In this document: piece by piece, positions 25,204 to 37,049 of the stretch
Position numbering within the stretch: position 1 is the stretch's first letter
Layout of the letters: each line of letters opens with the position of its first letter
Source of the DNA: Eledone cirrhosa
Lineage: Eukaryota
Assembly (NCBI GenBank): GCA_964016885.1
Contig: OZ024748.1
Location: forward strand, 28,272,001 to 28,336,000
DNA: 64,000 nucleotides
Direction of reading: 5' to 3'
The notes under the pieces: model-generated
The model's input: the letters and a program-made list of their open reading frames with translations, nothing else
Databases searched by the model: none
What the model was told of the DNA's origin: nothing
Position numbers and translations under genes: made by a program

Positions 25204-26116
25204 TTCTCATTTATCCATCTTCACCCTCTCTTCTTCTTACATATATACACACATATATATATATATATCTCCACTTGTCCTTCTAGCTCTACCTTTCTCT
25301 CTTCCCCGTCCCCTCTCATGCCCTTTCACATCAGCCCCCCTTCCACTCTCTTCTTATCTGTCTCTTTATTTCCACTTGTATCTTGTGTCTCACCCTGTCT
25401 ATTTCCATCTCTACCACACAGTCTCACTTCATTACACACATATGTGTCTCTACCACACAGTCTCACTTCATTACACACATACACAACATTTGGTGTCTAA
25501 CTGGCTGCCCCCCCCCCTTTATATGTGTGTGTGTGTGTGCCTGTTTCAGGTTTTACAGTGGTGCCTGTGTATGTATATGGATGCATATATGAGCTTTTGA
25601 AGATGTATATGGCACACACACACTCTCTTTCTCTCTCTCTCTTCTGACTCAGCTAAACAATGGATAGTTGTACCTTTTACACACATGTGGTCATAGTGGT
25701 TGGACTCTGTCACTTTGTCCTTTTCCTTTACTCACCATAGTTGCCCATTACCACCACTCTGCTGCTAGCCACTATTGTTACTTGTGTGTATGTGTGTGAC
25801 TATCACTATACTTAACTATATATTTGTCTATCTCTTTCCTTCAGTATGTCAGTCTTTAACTATCCATCTCCCACACTGGTACTTTACTGTACAGGTGAGC
25901 TGACTAAATGACCAATTAATTTTAAAAGATATTTGACCATCTATTTTCTTGTTCTTGACATTTTTTCTCTGTCCTTTTCATATCAAACCACTTGAAATTG
26001 TCCCCTCCCCTCCCCAGTTCTGCTAGACAAAACCTTTGTTTTTAAGTGTTTATATTGATCTAAAGATAAGTCTTTAGATCAATTGTAATATTATGTAAGA
26101 ACCTTTACACTGGATA

Positions 26117-26255
26117 ATAATTGTTTCTACTTTTGGCACAAGGCCAGCAATTATCCTAGTGTATTACTGGTACTTTATTTTCTCGACCCCGTACGGATGA
26201 AAGGTAAAGTTAACCTCGACGGGATTGGAACTCATCGAGGTTAACTTTGCCTTTT
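26117..26255 (-). mobile_element. SINE family A fragment with short terminal inversion
   Basis: Reverse-complement tail and core, then an inverted TCGAGGTTAACTTTGCCTTT. Confidence 0.75.
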
Positions 26256-26793
26256 AATGGAGTTATATTATAATATATTATTTCTAAAATTATTTGAAAA
26301 TCATAGGCAGTATCTTTCATTATAAATATTGTTGCAAATGGGTGAAATTTAAATCTTGGACCAAAATCCCTTCACATGAAAATATTAAGATTTTAACTGC
26401 TAAAGCTTTTTTTTTTTTTTATTCAGTTAGAATTGTTTCTTTAAACTTTTCATAATTCTGGATTCATCATTATAATCATCATAAATTACATTAATTTTAT
26501 ATCTGCTTTTCAGTGCTGTCATGGGTTGAGTAAACCTTTCCTGAGGCAATATTATATACTGACTTTTCTAAAGTCAGTATATAAGCAGTGAGCAATAATT
26601 CCCTTGGTGCTCACCTGGAGAACTATTGGACAGGACATAAACAAACAGCACCATTGATTATTGCGATAAAATAATCCAGAACAATCTCTGTGTGTCTTGG
26701 TTTTTTAGAACAGGAGTGGGTGATGTTCTAGCTGTGAGACACAGCATTGTCAAATCCCATCCAATTCATGTCAACATGGAAAAGCAGTAGTGG

Positions 26794-26941
26794 TGTAAGA
26801 TGAAATATAATTGTTTCTACTTTTGGCACAAGGCCATCAATTACCCAGTACATTACTGGTACTTTATTTTATCGACCCAGTAAGGATGAAAGGCAAAGTT
26901 AACCTCGGCGGGATTTGAACTCATGTAAGATGAAATATAAT
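26794..26941 (-). mobile_element. 5'-truncated SINE family A with 18-bp target-site duplication
   Basis: TGTAAGATGAAATATAAT at 26794-26811 and 26924-26941. Confidence 0.88.
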
Positions 26942-27522
26942 ATCAGTCTACAACTGGGGATGGTGGGGTCAATATAATGGACTCTTTCTCCCTCCAAGTA
27001 TGTGAGCTTTGCTGCTTATGTTAGAAACACACAGAACCTGTGAAAGCTTAGGTATAAAATTTTGGCAGTCCCACTGTTAATTAAACATCATTTTCCCCTC
27101 CACCACCACTTTCTCTTTGAAGATTCAACCCCCCTCTCCCCCACTGTCCACCCACCCTCCAACTTCCTCCATGCACACATGCTCACCATCATACTCCTTC
27201 CATTACCCCCTACTCTCCAGTGGACCCTAACTCCTAGAATCAGTAGGTGGGTAGGGAGATCTCCTTATCAGCTTATCTTCATTTCTGCAGATTTGGTTCC
27301 AGACTTCTAATGTTACTGGTGTGTATGTTTGTGTGTGTCTGTATATTCCATATATTGCATACATTACTTAGTGCTTTTCTGTGTCAATTCCAGGGTCTTC
27401 TGAATGTGTGTATGAGTGTTTGTCATGTGTGTATATATATGTCTGTATATGTATGTGTGTCTAGTTACATGTCTAGCTAGATACGCCTGTACAAATAATT
27501 GTATATTTTGTGGTGTGTATAT

Positions 27523-27862
27523 ATCATCATCATCATTTCATTTTACGTCCACTTTTCCCTGCTTACAAGGGTGGGACGTGAACTGATTCTGGCTTGATTT
27601 CTACAGCTGGATGCCCTTCCTAACACCAACCTCATTTACAGTGAGTGCTGGGTGCTTTTTTTCCGTGGCACCTCCACGACCACTTTGCAGTGGAATGATA
27701 GGGACCCCAGTCCCTATCATCTCATTTCTACAGCTGAGTAAACTGGAGCAATGTGAAATAAAGTGTCTTGCTCAAGGAAACAACACATCACCCGGTCCGA
27801 GAATTGAACTCACAACCTTTCGATTGCAAGGCCAATGCTCTAACCACTAAGCCATGTGCCCC
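27523..27862 (-). mobile_element. Full-length SINE family B
   Basis: Near-identical to 20065-20413. Confidence 0.88.
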
Positions 27863-27872
27863 CATATATATA

Positions 27873-28009
27873 TATATTTGAAAAAAAGGAAAAGAATGAC
27901 TTCACTTGTAGTGTTAAAAAATGTTTGATTTAATTTTATAATATAAAATTAAATCCCCAAATGTTTAACACTACAAGTGAAGTCATTCTTTTCCTTTTTT
28001 TCAAATATA
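27873..28009. repeat. Inverted repeat with about 45-bp perfect arms
   Basis: TATATTTGAAAAAAAGGAAAAGAATGACTTCACTTGTAGTGTTAAA versus TTTAACACTACAAGTGAAGTCATTCTTTTCCTTTTTTTCAAATATA. Confidence 0.9.
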
Positions 28010-28074
28010 CCTAACTGTACCAAGGATCTCACACATTTTCCAATATATATATATATTTATAAGAAAAGAGTCAG

Positions 28075-28154
28075 GACCCCAACGGCTGAGCTCCGGCCAT
28101 TTTGACAGCTACAGCCAAGGATGGCATAAACCTAGCTGAACTTATCAAGGGGTC
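28075..28154 (-). ncRNA. Decayed type I hammerhead-like motif, family 2
   Basis: GACCCC-UUGAUAA-GUUCAGCUA...UAGCUGUC-AAAA-UGGC(CGGAGCUCA)GCCG-UU-GGGGUC. All three helices are present and the core is degenerate by transitions. Homologous to the arms of the palindrome at 22342. Confidence 0.55.
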
Positions 28155-29179
28155 AGTAGCGAAGGGTAACCTGGAAAGCAGGGCATGCAGTCCAATCGCC
28201 ATGGCGGAAAGTGGGGCTGTGCAGCCTTACCTCCCCCCCAATTCCCTCTAAATGACCCTCCCGGTCAAAGCCGCATGTAGTGTTATCTAGTGTGTGTGTG
28301 TGTGTGTTATCTTTTTATGTGTCTACGATTTAGTAAGCAGCCAAAATTCTGCTTGCTTCAACCGACGCAATTGATCAACTCAAGATTCTATAACGCGTGC
28401 ACGTACCCTTCGCTCCTGCATGGGGTACAGTCCATATATGGGCATGCAGTCAAAACAAAAAAAGCAAAAGTATCAAATCAAACAATCCTAAGAATTTGTT
28501 GTTTTTCATGTCTGTCACGGGAATGGTCAATGCTTTTGGGATGTGTGTACATTGTAAAATTCCTTCATATTGATGAGGGTGGTGGGTGGGGGCTGGACTG
28601 GCCTGTAGAACAAAGGGGAGGGACTAAGATGACATTCCGACCTGTGGGTGCCAAGCAGGTTAAGAGAGAAAATCTTTACAACTATCTCTAATAGGGGTAA
28701 GAAAGTAAATTCAGCATATGAGAATTAAGGATGGTTGTTAGAGTGAAATTAAGTATGCCAAGTTTAACACTTAGCTAGAGCAAAGCATATAGATATTAAT
28801 ACTAAATAAATTCCTAATAAATAAAATTTAGTTATCAGTTACTCTAATGCACTAGAACAGCACCACAATACAGTAATTTACTAGTATATTCTTTTATAAT
28901 GATACCCCCCCAACTATGGCTATGTGTTCGGCCGATTCTATGTATATTTAACAAGAGTGAAAATTTACCGGGTTAACCTAAGGAAGAATAGAAACTGATT
29001 ATAATAGTGTAGATAAGTAAAGATCTACCTAAGTGTAATTAGAGTGTGTAACTAATGAAGAAAAAAGAAAAAATTCTACTTCTATCTAAGTATGCTTGAG
29101 GCTTCCTCTATCTTAGTTCGTAAATAGGAAAGAGAATCAGCCGAGATCAACCCACCTGTGTCATGAGGGGGTTTGAAGG

Positions 29180-29460
29180 TAAGATATGTCCTATGTATTC
29201 TGTGTTTACACGAGGTAACAAGTTCATCCTTTTTGTTTAAGAGTTGGTCCTTTGCAAACAGCATTTGGATCGTTTCCTCCGACGGCATCTCCCGAGTAAG
29301 ATTTCGCCTTGGAAAGTATGCTTCAACTTAGATGGTAGGTGATAATGTTGTCTTGGAGGTCCCAAATATGGCCAGAAAGAGCTGTTGCGTGTCGCCGGGC
29401 CAGGTTTCTAAATGTGTGTTGGTGTTGGTAATACCGGGTCTTAAAATCACAGGCAGTTGT
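29180..29460 (-). mobile_element. Penelope-like element, GIY-YIG endonuclease C-terminal remnant
   Basis: FKTRYYQHQHTFRN...ATALSGHIWDLQ and LLNKKDELVTSCKHR match the Penelope-like element endonuclease C-terminal pattern. Confidence 0.8.
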
Positions 29461-29461
29461 A

Positions 29462-29498
<37 letters not shown>

Positions 29499-30213
29499 GA
29501 TATGAATCGAAGTTGTAGCTCGGGCTGTTGAGGCAATCACAAAGCAATGGATCGAGAAGCTAAATATTATTATCCAGTTACAAAGTGTGACACCAAGAAA
29601 AATGACTGAATGCAGTGGCCATACTTATACCACAACAACGATAAATACAAAAATGTTGAAGACTAACCTGGACCATCTCAAGTCGATTAGAATCGATAGA
29701 AATCTTTGATAGGTTTCTGGAACCATTGGGAGTAACATTACAAGTTGCATAATGCTTATCCAAATCCTGTGTGTATCTACATGATGGAAATCGGTCTGTT
29801 GATATAGGCATTTAACCATAGTAGTAATTCACCTGTGTCGTCACATGACCTTCCTTGAATGAAGAGATCGTGTTGGCCGAACTTTTGGCGGTATTTTCAG
29901 GGCATGAGAACAAAGGGATACTCACAGCCTCAAAACAAAAGCTCTCAACTACCTTTGTAAACAAAAGTAACTAACATATTATCAATTGTATACAAGAAGC
30001 TAGGAGAATAATATTACTGTTGTAGCTGCCATATAGCAGGAACTAATCGAGTTTTTTGAGGCAACCACAAACACTCAATGGATAGAAAAGCTAAGCATTA
30101 TCATCCAGAGTAATACTGAGGACAAAGGAAAAGGAGATAGGATTTTTATATGTATGTGTGTGTGTGTATTTGTGTCAGTCTTTGTGCTTTCAGTCCTAGG
30201 TATACCATTTCAA

Positions 30214-30540
30214 GGTATATATATAAGAAGTTTTGAGACTTTTATCAGAGAGACATTTCAAATCAATACAAAACTCTAGTCACCCTCAAAGTAGGATAAT
30301 CTAACTTAAATGCACTTGTTGTAGTGCTCTAGCCACTTCTAGAAGACCCTCTTGTAGTTCTCCAAAGTGAAGGTGTCCAGGGCATTTGTCACAACCTTCT
30401 TCATCTTCTCCACATCCCCTGAGCTTCTCCTTCAGCTTTGGGAACATCCAGAAGTCGCATATCGGCCAAGTAGTTGGTCACCAGGATTGATTTGTGACAG
30501 AGGACAATGTCCTGGTGCAGGTGCCACTGACATGACTTGA
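30214..30540 (-). mobile_element. Mariner transposase C-terminal remnant
   Basis: WHLHQD, DFWMFPKLKEKLRG and KWLEHYNKCI...SYFEGD, with stops and frameshifts. Confidence 0.8.
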
Positions 30541-30725
30541 AATTATTGGAGCACTGATATAAGGTTTAGTGACCCTGATATATCAAGTATTATGTCGAAA
30601 ACAAGGTATTTAAAATTAAATAAGTATTTGCACCTGGTTGATACTTCATATGCACCCCGGTAGATACTTCATATGCACCCCGGTAGAAATGAATCGAATT
30701 ACAATCCCCTCTATAAAGTTCAACC

Positions 30726-30941
30726 ATTAATTAAAATATACGGGGCGGTAGATTGGCAGTATTGGTAGAGGGTCGGACACCATGCTTTCCAGCATAGTTA
30801 CGTCCCTTTACGATCTGAGTTCAAATCCCGCCGAGGTTGACTTTGCCTTTCATCCTTACGGGGTCGATAAAATAAAGTACCAGTAATGCACTGGGTAATT
30901 GCTAGCCTTGTGCCTAAAGTAGAAACAATTAATTAAAATAT
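30726..30941 (+). mobile_element. Full-length SINE family A with 14-bp target-site duplication
   Basis: ATTAATTAAAATAT at 30726-30739 and 30928-30941. Confidence 0.88.
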
Positions 30942-30969
30942 TATCTGGAAAATTTAAAACTGTATATTT

Positions 30970-31700
30970 ACTTGGAAAAAATCTGTGTTGATGAAGCAAT
31001 GCTTGGGTATAAGAGTAGGGTACATTTCAGACAGTCTATGCCAGTTAAACCCACCAAATGGGGCATCAAGGTGTGGGAACTCTGTGAATCGGACACAGGC
31101 TACTGTACAAACTTTGATATTTATACAAGGAAAAAACATACTTCTGTGCTTCTGGCAGAGAATCTTGCCCTTGTAAAATACGTACACTTGCGGTACAATA
31201 ATGGAGAATCACAAGAAATAAAATTTTAAAAAGAGTGGACATTCTCCAGGTGCAAAAAGGGAACATGCTAGCCACATTGTTCAAAGATAAATGGCAAATT
31301 TTATTCCTATCTTCTAACCAATATATAGGTGGGTCGACAAATCTGACCAGTATTGTGCATTTTACCCAGTTGGACATCCTGGAAAGAAACGGTGGAAGTA
31401 TATTTTGTGGTTTTTAGTGAATATAACCATTAGGAATTCTTTTATTGTATTTACTAAAAGAAATAAGGATTTGCCACCACTATTGGACTACAGCCACATG
31501 AAATTTTGTGTGGACGTTGCATCTCAGCTACTTGGAGGATATACTTCTTGCAAACACAAAGCTGGCAGAAAATCAAAATTATCTGAGGTGACCAAAAAAA
31601 AAACTATTGATTTTCATAAAATATAGAGGAGGAAGGTTTGCTGAATGTGCTTTTTGCAAAGTGCCATTATGTAAAGGGTGTTTTGGCTAATTCCACGACA
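30970..31700 (+). mobile_element. Degenerate piggyBac (PGBD-like) transposase remnant
   Basis: ICVDEAMLGYKSRVHFRQSMPVKPTKWGIKVWELCESDTGYCTNFDIYT, then KRWKYILWFLVNITIRNSFI and a Cys-rich tail CAFCKVPLCKGCF. Confidence 0.85.
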
Positions 31701-32001
31701 AATATTGTCTGACAATATTGAAAAAAATATTGGAACACATATGCGAAAACACCTGTTTTCACCTGTGTCACTCCTGTTAATGAATTTATTTATTGGTCAC
31801 ATTCTGTTATGTAAATATACTGAGTACATTGGAATATTATTTTGACTGGTAACAGGGTTTTATACATTTTTTCAATAAAAAGATTTGCCTGGAATATAGA
31901 GAAAGACTAAAACTTTATACTGATTATATCTGTATTTTGAATTAATTCACTTGTTCAGAAAAGTGGTAAAATTGTTGGAAGTCAACATCTAGGTCATTAT
32001 T

Positions 32002-32183
32002 AGGCAGTATCGGTAGAGGTTCTGACGCCATGCTTTGCAGCAAAGAGTTACGGCCCTTTATGGTCTGGGTTCAAATCCCACCGAGGTTAACTTTGTCTTT
32101 CATCCTTACAGGGTCGATAAAATAAAGTACCAGTAATGTACTGGGTAATTGCTGGCCTTGTGCCAAAAGTAGAAACAATTATT
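32002..32183 (+). mobile_element. SINE family A copy
   Basis: Same as the copy at 1726. Confidence 0.85.
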
Positions 32184-32289
32184 AGATAATTTTTGTAGCA
32201 AACCTAATAGGTAAGGCAGATAAAGTTCAAATTTTTGTGTTTATCCATAAAGTCATTACTTTTACACCTGTTAATTAATTTGGATTAAA

Positions 32290-32670
32290 CTGGGATTCCT
32301 CCAAAGGGTCTTTGGACTAACGTTACTCAATAAAGTGCAGAGCTCAGAGATCAGAGAGTCACTCCAGGTAGAGACGCTACTTCTCCGAATTGAGAGATCA
32401 CAGCTCCGATACTATGGGCATGTGGTTAGAATGTCTCAGGAAAGAATCGCTGGACAGATTTTATGGGCAAAACCAACCGGCTAGTGACCCATGGGTAGAC
32501 TCCCAAGCAAGGTGGGTGGATATCATCCATGAGCTTGGCGGGTCACACTTGGAGATCCAGCCAGATAGGTTGGAGACGGTTGCTTCTGACAGGGCCCGCT
32601 GGAAGGAGTGTTTGAGGACTCTCCCCCCACGACCCTCTCAGAAATAAGTGGTTGAAGAAGAAGAAGAAGA
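32290..32670 (+). mobile_element. RTE-like LINE 3' end with (GAA)n tail
   Basis: LRYYGHVVRMSQERIAGQIL and RWVDII...ASDRARWKECLRTLPPRP, followed by GAAGAAGAA. Confidence 0.75.
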
Positions 32671-34186
32671 CAAACATAGTTGGTATCTCTTGAGTATGAT
32701 TAACTCAAAATAATGTAAATGATAAAGGGTTAAATTGTTGTAGTAGCCCGAATTTTCAACTGGGAAAAAAAAAAGGATTTAGCACGTTAGCTTATAACCA
32801 TATCAAGGATGTATTAGGGTGACAGCTACGTAGGTCAATTAAAAGTGCCTGAAAAGAAAAAGTCTCAAAACTTCTTGACTATGGTTTTGGAATTTTTTTG
32901 TGATATGCATTCTCCAGGTCATAATTGAAATGAATGCAGAAATTAATAAAATGATTTAAAGTATCATATTTGGTTTTTCACTTGAATATATCTATCTATA
33001 TAGAGGGAGAGTGAGGGGGGGCGTGCTCATGTATATGTGTGAATGAATCTATGTGTATAGACACAGCACTAATTTGATGATGACTTAAGTTTCAAACACC
33101 TGGTATATGACATTGATAACAGTCGGATTAGCAAGACTGATAAAACTAAGTCCTGCTGGTGCCACTCTGTTTCTCTCATACATATATAGATTAGCTGTAA
33201 ACAGTAACTGTGGTACCTTTACTCCTGCTACAACCTATCCCTTTGTCCTCATCACTTCATCAACACCAAAAATAATAAACATGTGACCTATGACGTCACA
33301 TATCAAGGGATTTTTGTTTTTTTCTTCTCTTTTAATTTCAATTTCAAGAAATGTGAAATGGTTTTGTTTATTATGGCTTCTTTTAATATGGCTTTTTTTT
33401 TTATATTTACTACTCAAACACAAATAGAAAAATAATCAGGAAAAAAACTTCTTTTTTTTGTTGCAATGTTGGCTAGAATACAGTATTTGTTCTGGTTCTC
33501 TGTGTTCTGATTTCAAATCCTGCCACTGTCAACTTTTCCTTTCATCCTTTCAAAGTTGATAAAGTACCAGTTGAATACTTGGGATGATTCTGCCTCTATA
33601 TTCTCTGTCTCTCTCCTTTCACTCTCTCAGAAATTGACTGTGATCCAACCTCTATAGGGGTGGCCTCTGCCAGATTTAAAATGTCCAAGATATGCTGCAT
33701 GTAACAGCGACACCCTTATGGCTTCACTGGGGAGCTAAGGGCTCATCGCATAACTTGTTGATTCAAGACATTCCAGCAATTACCATCCTGTCTATCTATT
33801 CAATGTATTTTCCTGTTTTAAGACATTAGGGTGTAATTTGAGACAGAGTTGGCTATTATTTCTATTACCAACTGTAGGAATCACAGACCAAATAGGGAGA
33901 CATTATGTAGTCACTCAATTTACTAGAATTAGCAGCCAAATCTCCTTCAAATCACATATTGTCTTTAATAAAGAAGTATACATTGAACAACATAGTTCCT
34001 AATGCATAAAAAGGCAGAATAAATAGGTTTTCTGGATCAGAGTTTTCCTGGGATTAAACAATAACACACTGAATTAAATGAAATGACATGCTAATGAAGG
34101 AGCTTCTTATGTGGTTGCTAAACCTGCTAGACATAGCAGTCAAATAATTGTTTCTTAGTTATTTCATTGTTTTGTTTTTCTTTCAG

Positions 34187-36504
34187 ATTCAGTGAACAAT
34201 ACCGATGATGAATATCTCTTGAAATGTATGCATTGCAAGGAGTCTTTCACCCAAGAATCTCGGCTGCACTCTCACATTAAGACGATGCATTCGGAGAAAT
34301 CTTTGAAATATATGTGTTCAAAATGTGAAGAGACGTTCCCACTGAAATCCCACCTTGATAACCATATGGAGCTGCATTTGGCCACATCTCAGACCTGTAC
34401 CGTCTGCAAGAAAACATTTGCTAACGTCTACCGGCTCCAGCGCCATATGATCAGCCATAACGAGAGCACGTCGCTACGGAAATTCAAGTGCGATGAATGT
34501 GGAAAGGCTTTCAAGTTCAAACATCATCTCAAGGAACACATTCGGATCCATTCTGGAGAGAAGCCATTTGAATGTTCCAACTGCCGGAAACGGTTCAGCC
34601 ACTCGGGTTCCTACAGCAGTCACATGACCTCGAAAAAATGCTGGGTCGTGAACATGAAGAGTCGCCGAATCGACCATAATGGTAATGCCAGCGACTCGGT
34701 TCCTTCATTTCCTCCAGCCCATAAAAACGGACACAGCCAGTCTTTGCAAAAATCCTCAGGCAGTCTTCCACGACAGTTAATTACATATGATAACCCCAAT
34801 TCTAGCCTTCCGAAATTCTTCACTAATAATCCTTCATTCATCTATTCCATGTACCCTCAAAAGGAGAACCTTTCCGACAGAATCACACCGCTAACCAACC
34901 AGACTATTGCACATTCTAATCCCTCAAAAGTAACTTTCAATCAGAAGCCTTCTCTAACGAAAGGTATCCAACTCTCCTCTGACATGAACTCAAGCACGCA
35001 GCCTTTATCGATGGTAGTCCTGAAGAAATCTGATAGCCCTGTCTTACCTGTGCAGCCACAAGTGACCACTCCATCCCTCGATGAACGAGTCATCAAAACT
35101 GAGCCATCAGACCAGTCGGAGGTCATCAAAGTCTTAAACACCATCAACATTAAGAAGGAAAACTCCAAAGATGGTTTTCCTGTAACCGACGTCATGCAAG
35201 AGAAGCACTCCAACTCCCCGCCTCCATCCAACTGTGTAGATGCCAAAGACGTTGATCTCACATGCCGATTTTGTGCATCAGCCTTCCGCAGCCCTGTGGC
35301 ACTGCACCAACACGAACGCTATCTATGCAAGTCTAATAAAGATATTGTGCATAGAGTTACCAACTTGGAGGTGACGTCGTGCAACAGTCCCAGCAGCACC
35401 ACTTCCTCGTCAGAAACGATCAAACGAGAGACGCCAAATGGCAGTCTAGAAAACGGCACAGACGAGGAAGAAACTGAAGAAATTTTTAAGGAGGAAAACC
35501 TCGACAAGAAATTCCGCATGCGTTCCATGATTAGCGATGACCAACTGCAGGTTCTGAAAAAATATTACCAGCTCAACCCTCGACCTCGTAAACATGACCT
35601 GATAAAAATCGGCAATGAAATTGGTTTCTCGAAACGCGTGGTGCAGGTTTGGTTTCAGAACATGAGAGCACGAGATCGTAAGAAAGGTAAAAATGTCCCA
35701 TATTTCCCCGCCATGGCTCGTTTCAAACAGCAGGAGGACTCTGCGTCGACATCTTCCACATGGAAAGAGCCGGTGAAATCCACCAATTCAGCCTACATCC
35801 CTGTGGTTCCACATTTTAATAATTCTGTCCAAATTCCTTCTGGAATTCCACCGTCATCATCGCCTTCATTTCCAGCTCATTCACACACAAAAGTAAACGG
35901 GCAGTTTAGTGCTGCCACCGAAAACCGTGATGCCTTGTTCAATAATAACCAGGACCAACCTTTAGACCTAAGTCTGAAAAGAGAACCCCCACGAGCTCAC
36001 AGTGGCCACAAACCAGTCAGTAGTAATAACTACAACTCACATCCTCCACCTGCTGCTCCTAGTCAGAATTTTGATAATCAAGTACTAAACCTAAGTTGCC
36101 GATCTCCTATCAGTGTCAAGCAAGAACATGTAGATGGCGCTAGCTCTGCTCCAAGTAGCTTTCAGGAATCTGCTCTGTATAAATATATGAAGCAAGAAGG
36201 GATGATTGTTAATAAGCCAACCCTTAACCAAGACCTGGCCTCATTAGGCAAACTCTCCCATTCCAGTCCCATTCCAGCCGCGATGCAAGAATCTCTTACA
36301 TCACCTTACCGATCCAGTGGCAAGTCTGGTGCCAACATGGAGAATGAAAATAAACCCAAGACACCAAAGTCTGAACTAAAGCAACCTGATGATTCATCGA
36401 TATCCAGCGATGGTTCTATGGACAGTATCAGCAATCGCTCCCTCGTTATTGATGAGAGTAAATTCCACAATGACAAGAGTGATGGCGAGTGTCTTTCCGA
36501 TGAA

Positions 36505-36538
<34 letters not shown>

Positions 36539-36681
36539 CCGAAGATGATTCTCCTCCGAGACTGTCAAATGGTTTGTCCGATAGTAATCTTACTCCGTCA
36601 AAGATGAGAGAAGACAACCATCAGACAAATCCAGATGGCACTAAAAAACCAAAAAGATTACGCAAAAAGTCTTGGAAACAG
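34187..36681 (+). CDS. zfh1: ZEB/zfh1 large central exon: five N-terminal zinc fingers, central finger, homeodomain (about 35509-35688), CtBP motif PLDLS (35959-35973)
   Basis: ZEB signature fingers [48 protein letters not shown] and homeodomain helix 3 RVVQVWFQNMRARDRK. Acceptor TTTTTCTTTCAG, donor CAG|GTTGGT (phase 0). Confidence 0.97.
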
Positions 36682-37049
36682 GTTGGTGTTTCTTTGATTA
36701 CTATAATTGTTGTTATTGTTGTTGCTGTTTTTTTTACTAATTACTAACCAAGATATAGCTTTGTCACGTTGTAGATATGATATGGTATATATTATTTTAC
36801 TTTACAAGGAAAACGTTAATAGTGAGGGACTTCAAAGTTTCGCTAGTGGTCAATCACATCGACCATTTTTCCTTGTAAAATAGGATCTATACTATATTAT
36901 ACACATATGTATTGAGTGCTCACTCAATGTTTGATTGTTATTATGTCTGATTACATACAAAATACATCCATTGATATACATCAGGTTATCTCATAAGTAA
37001 TATTTTTTTATTTTAGGTTTTAAAGAGATAAAAAAAACACAAGTTACTA

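Noticed and set aside
30640-30685. 23-bp tandem duplication GATACTTCATATGCACCCCGGTA
   Set aside because: The duplication is real and vaguely TIR-like, but no partner end was found, so no element call is supportable.
36682-36747. Hydrophobic transmembrane-like tail of the 851-aa ORF
   Set aside because: Read-through into the T-rich intron past the donor at 36682.
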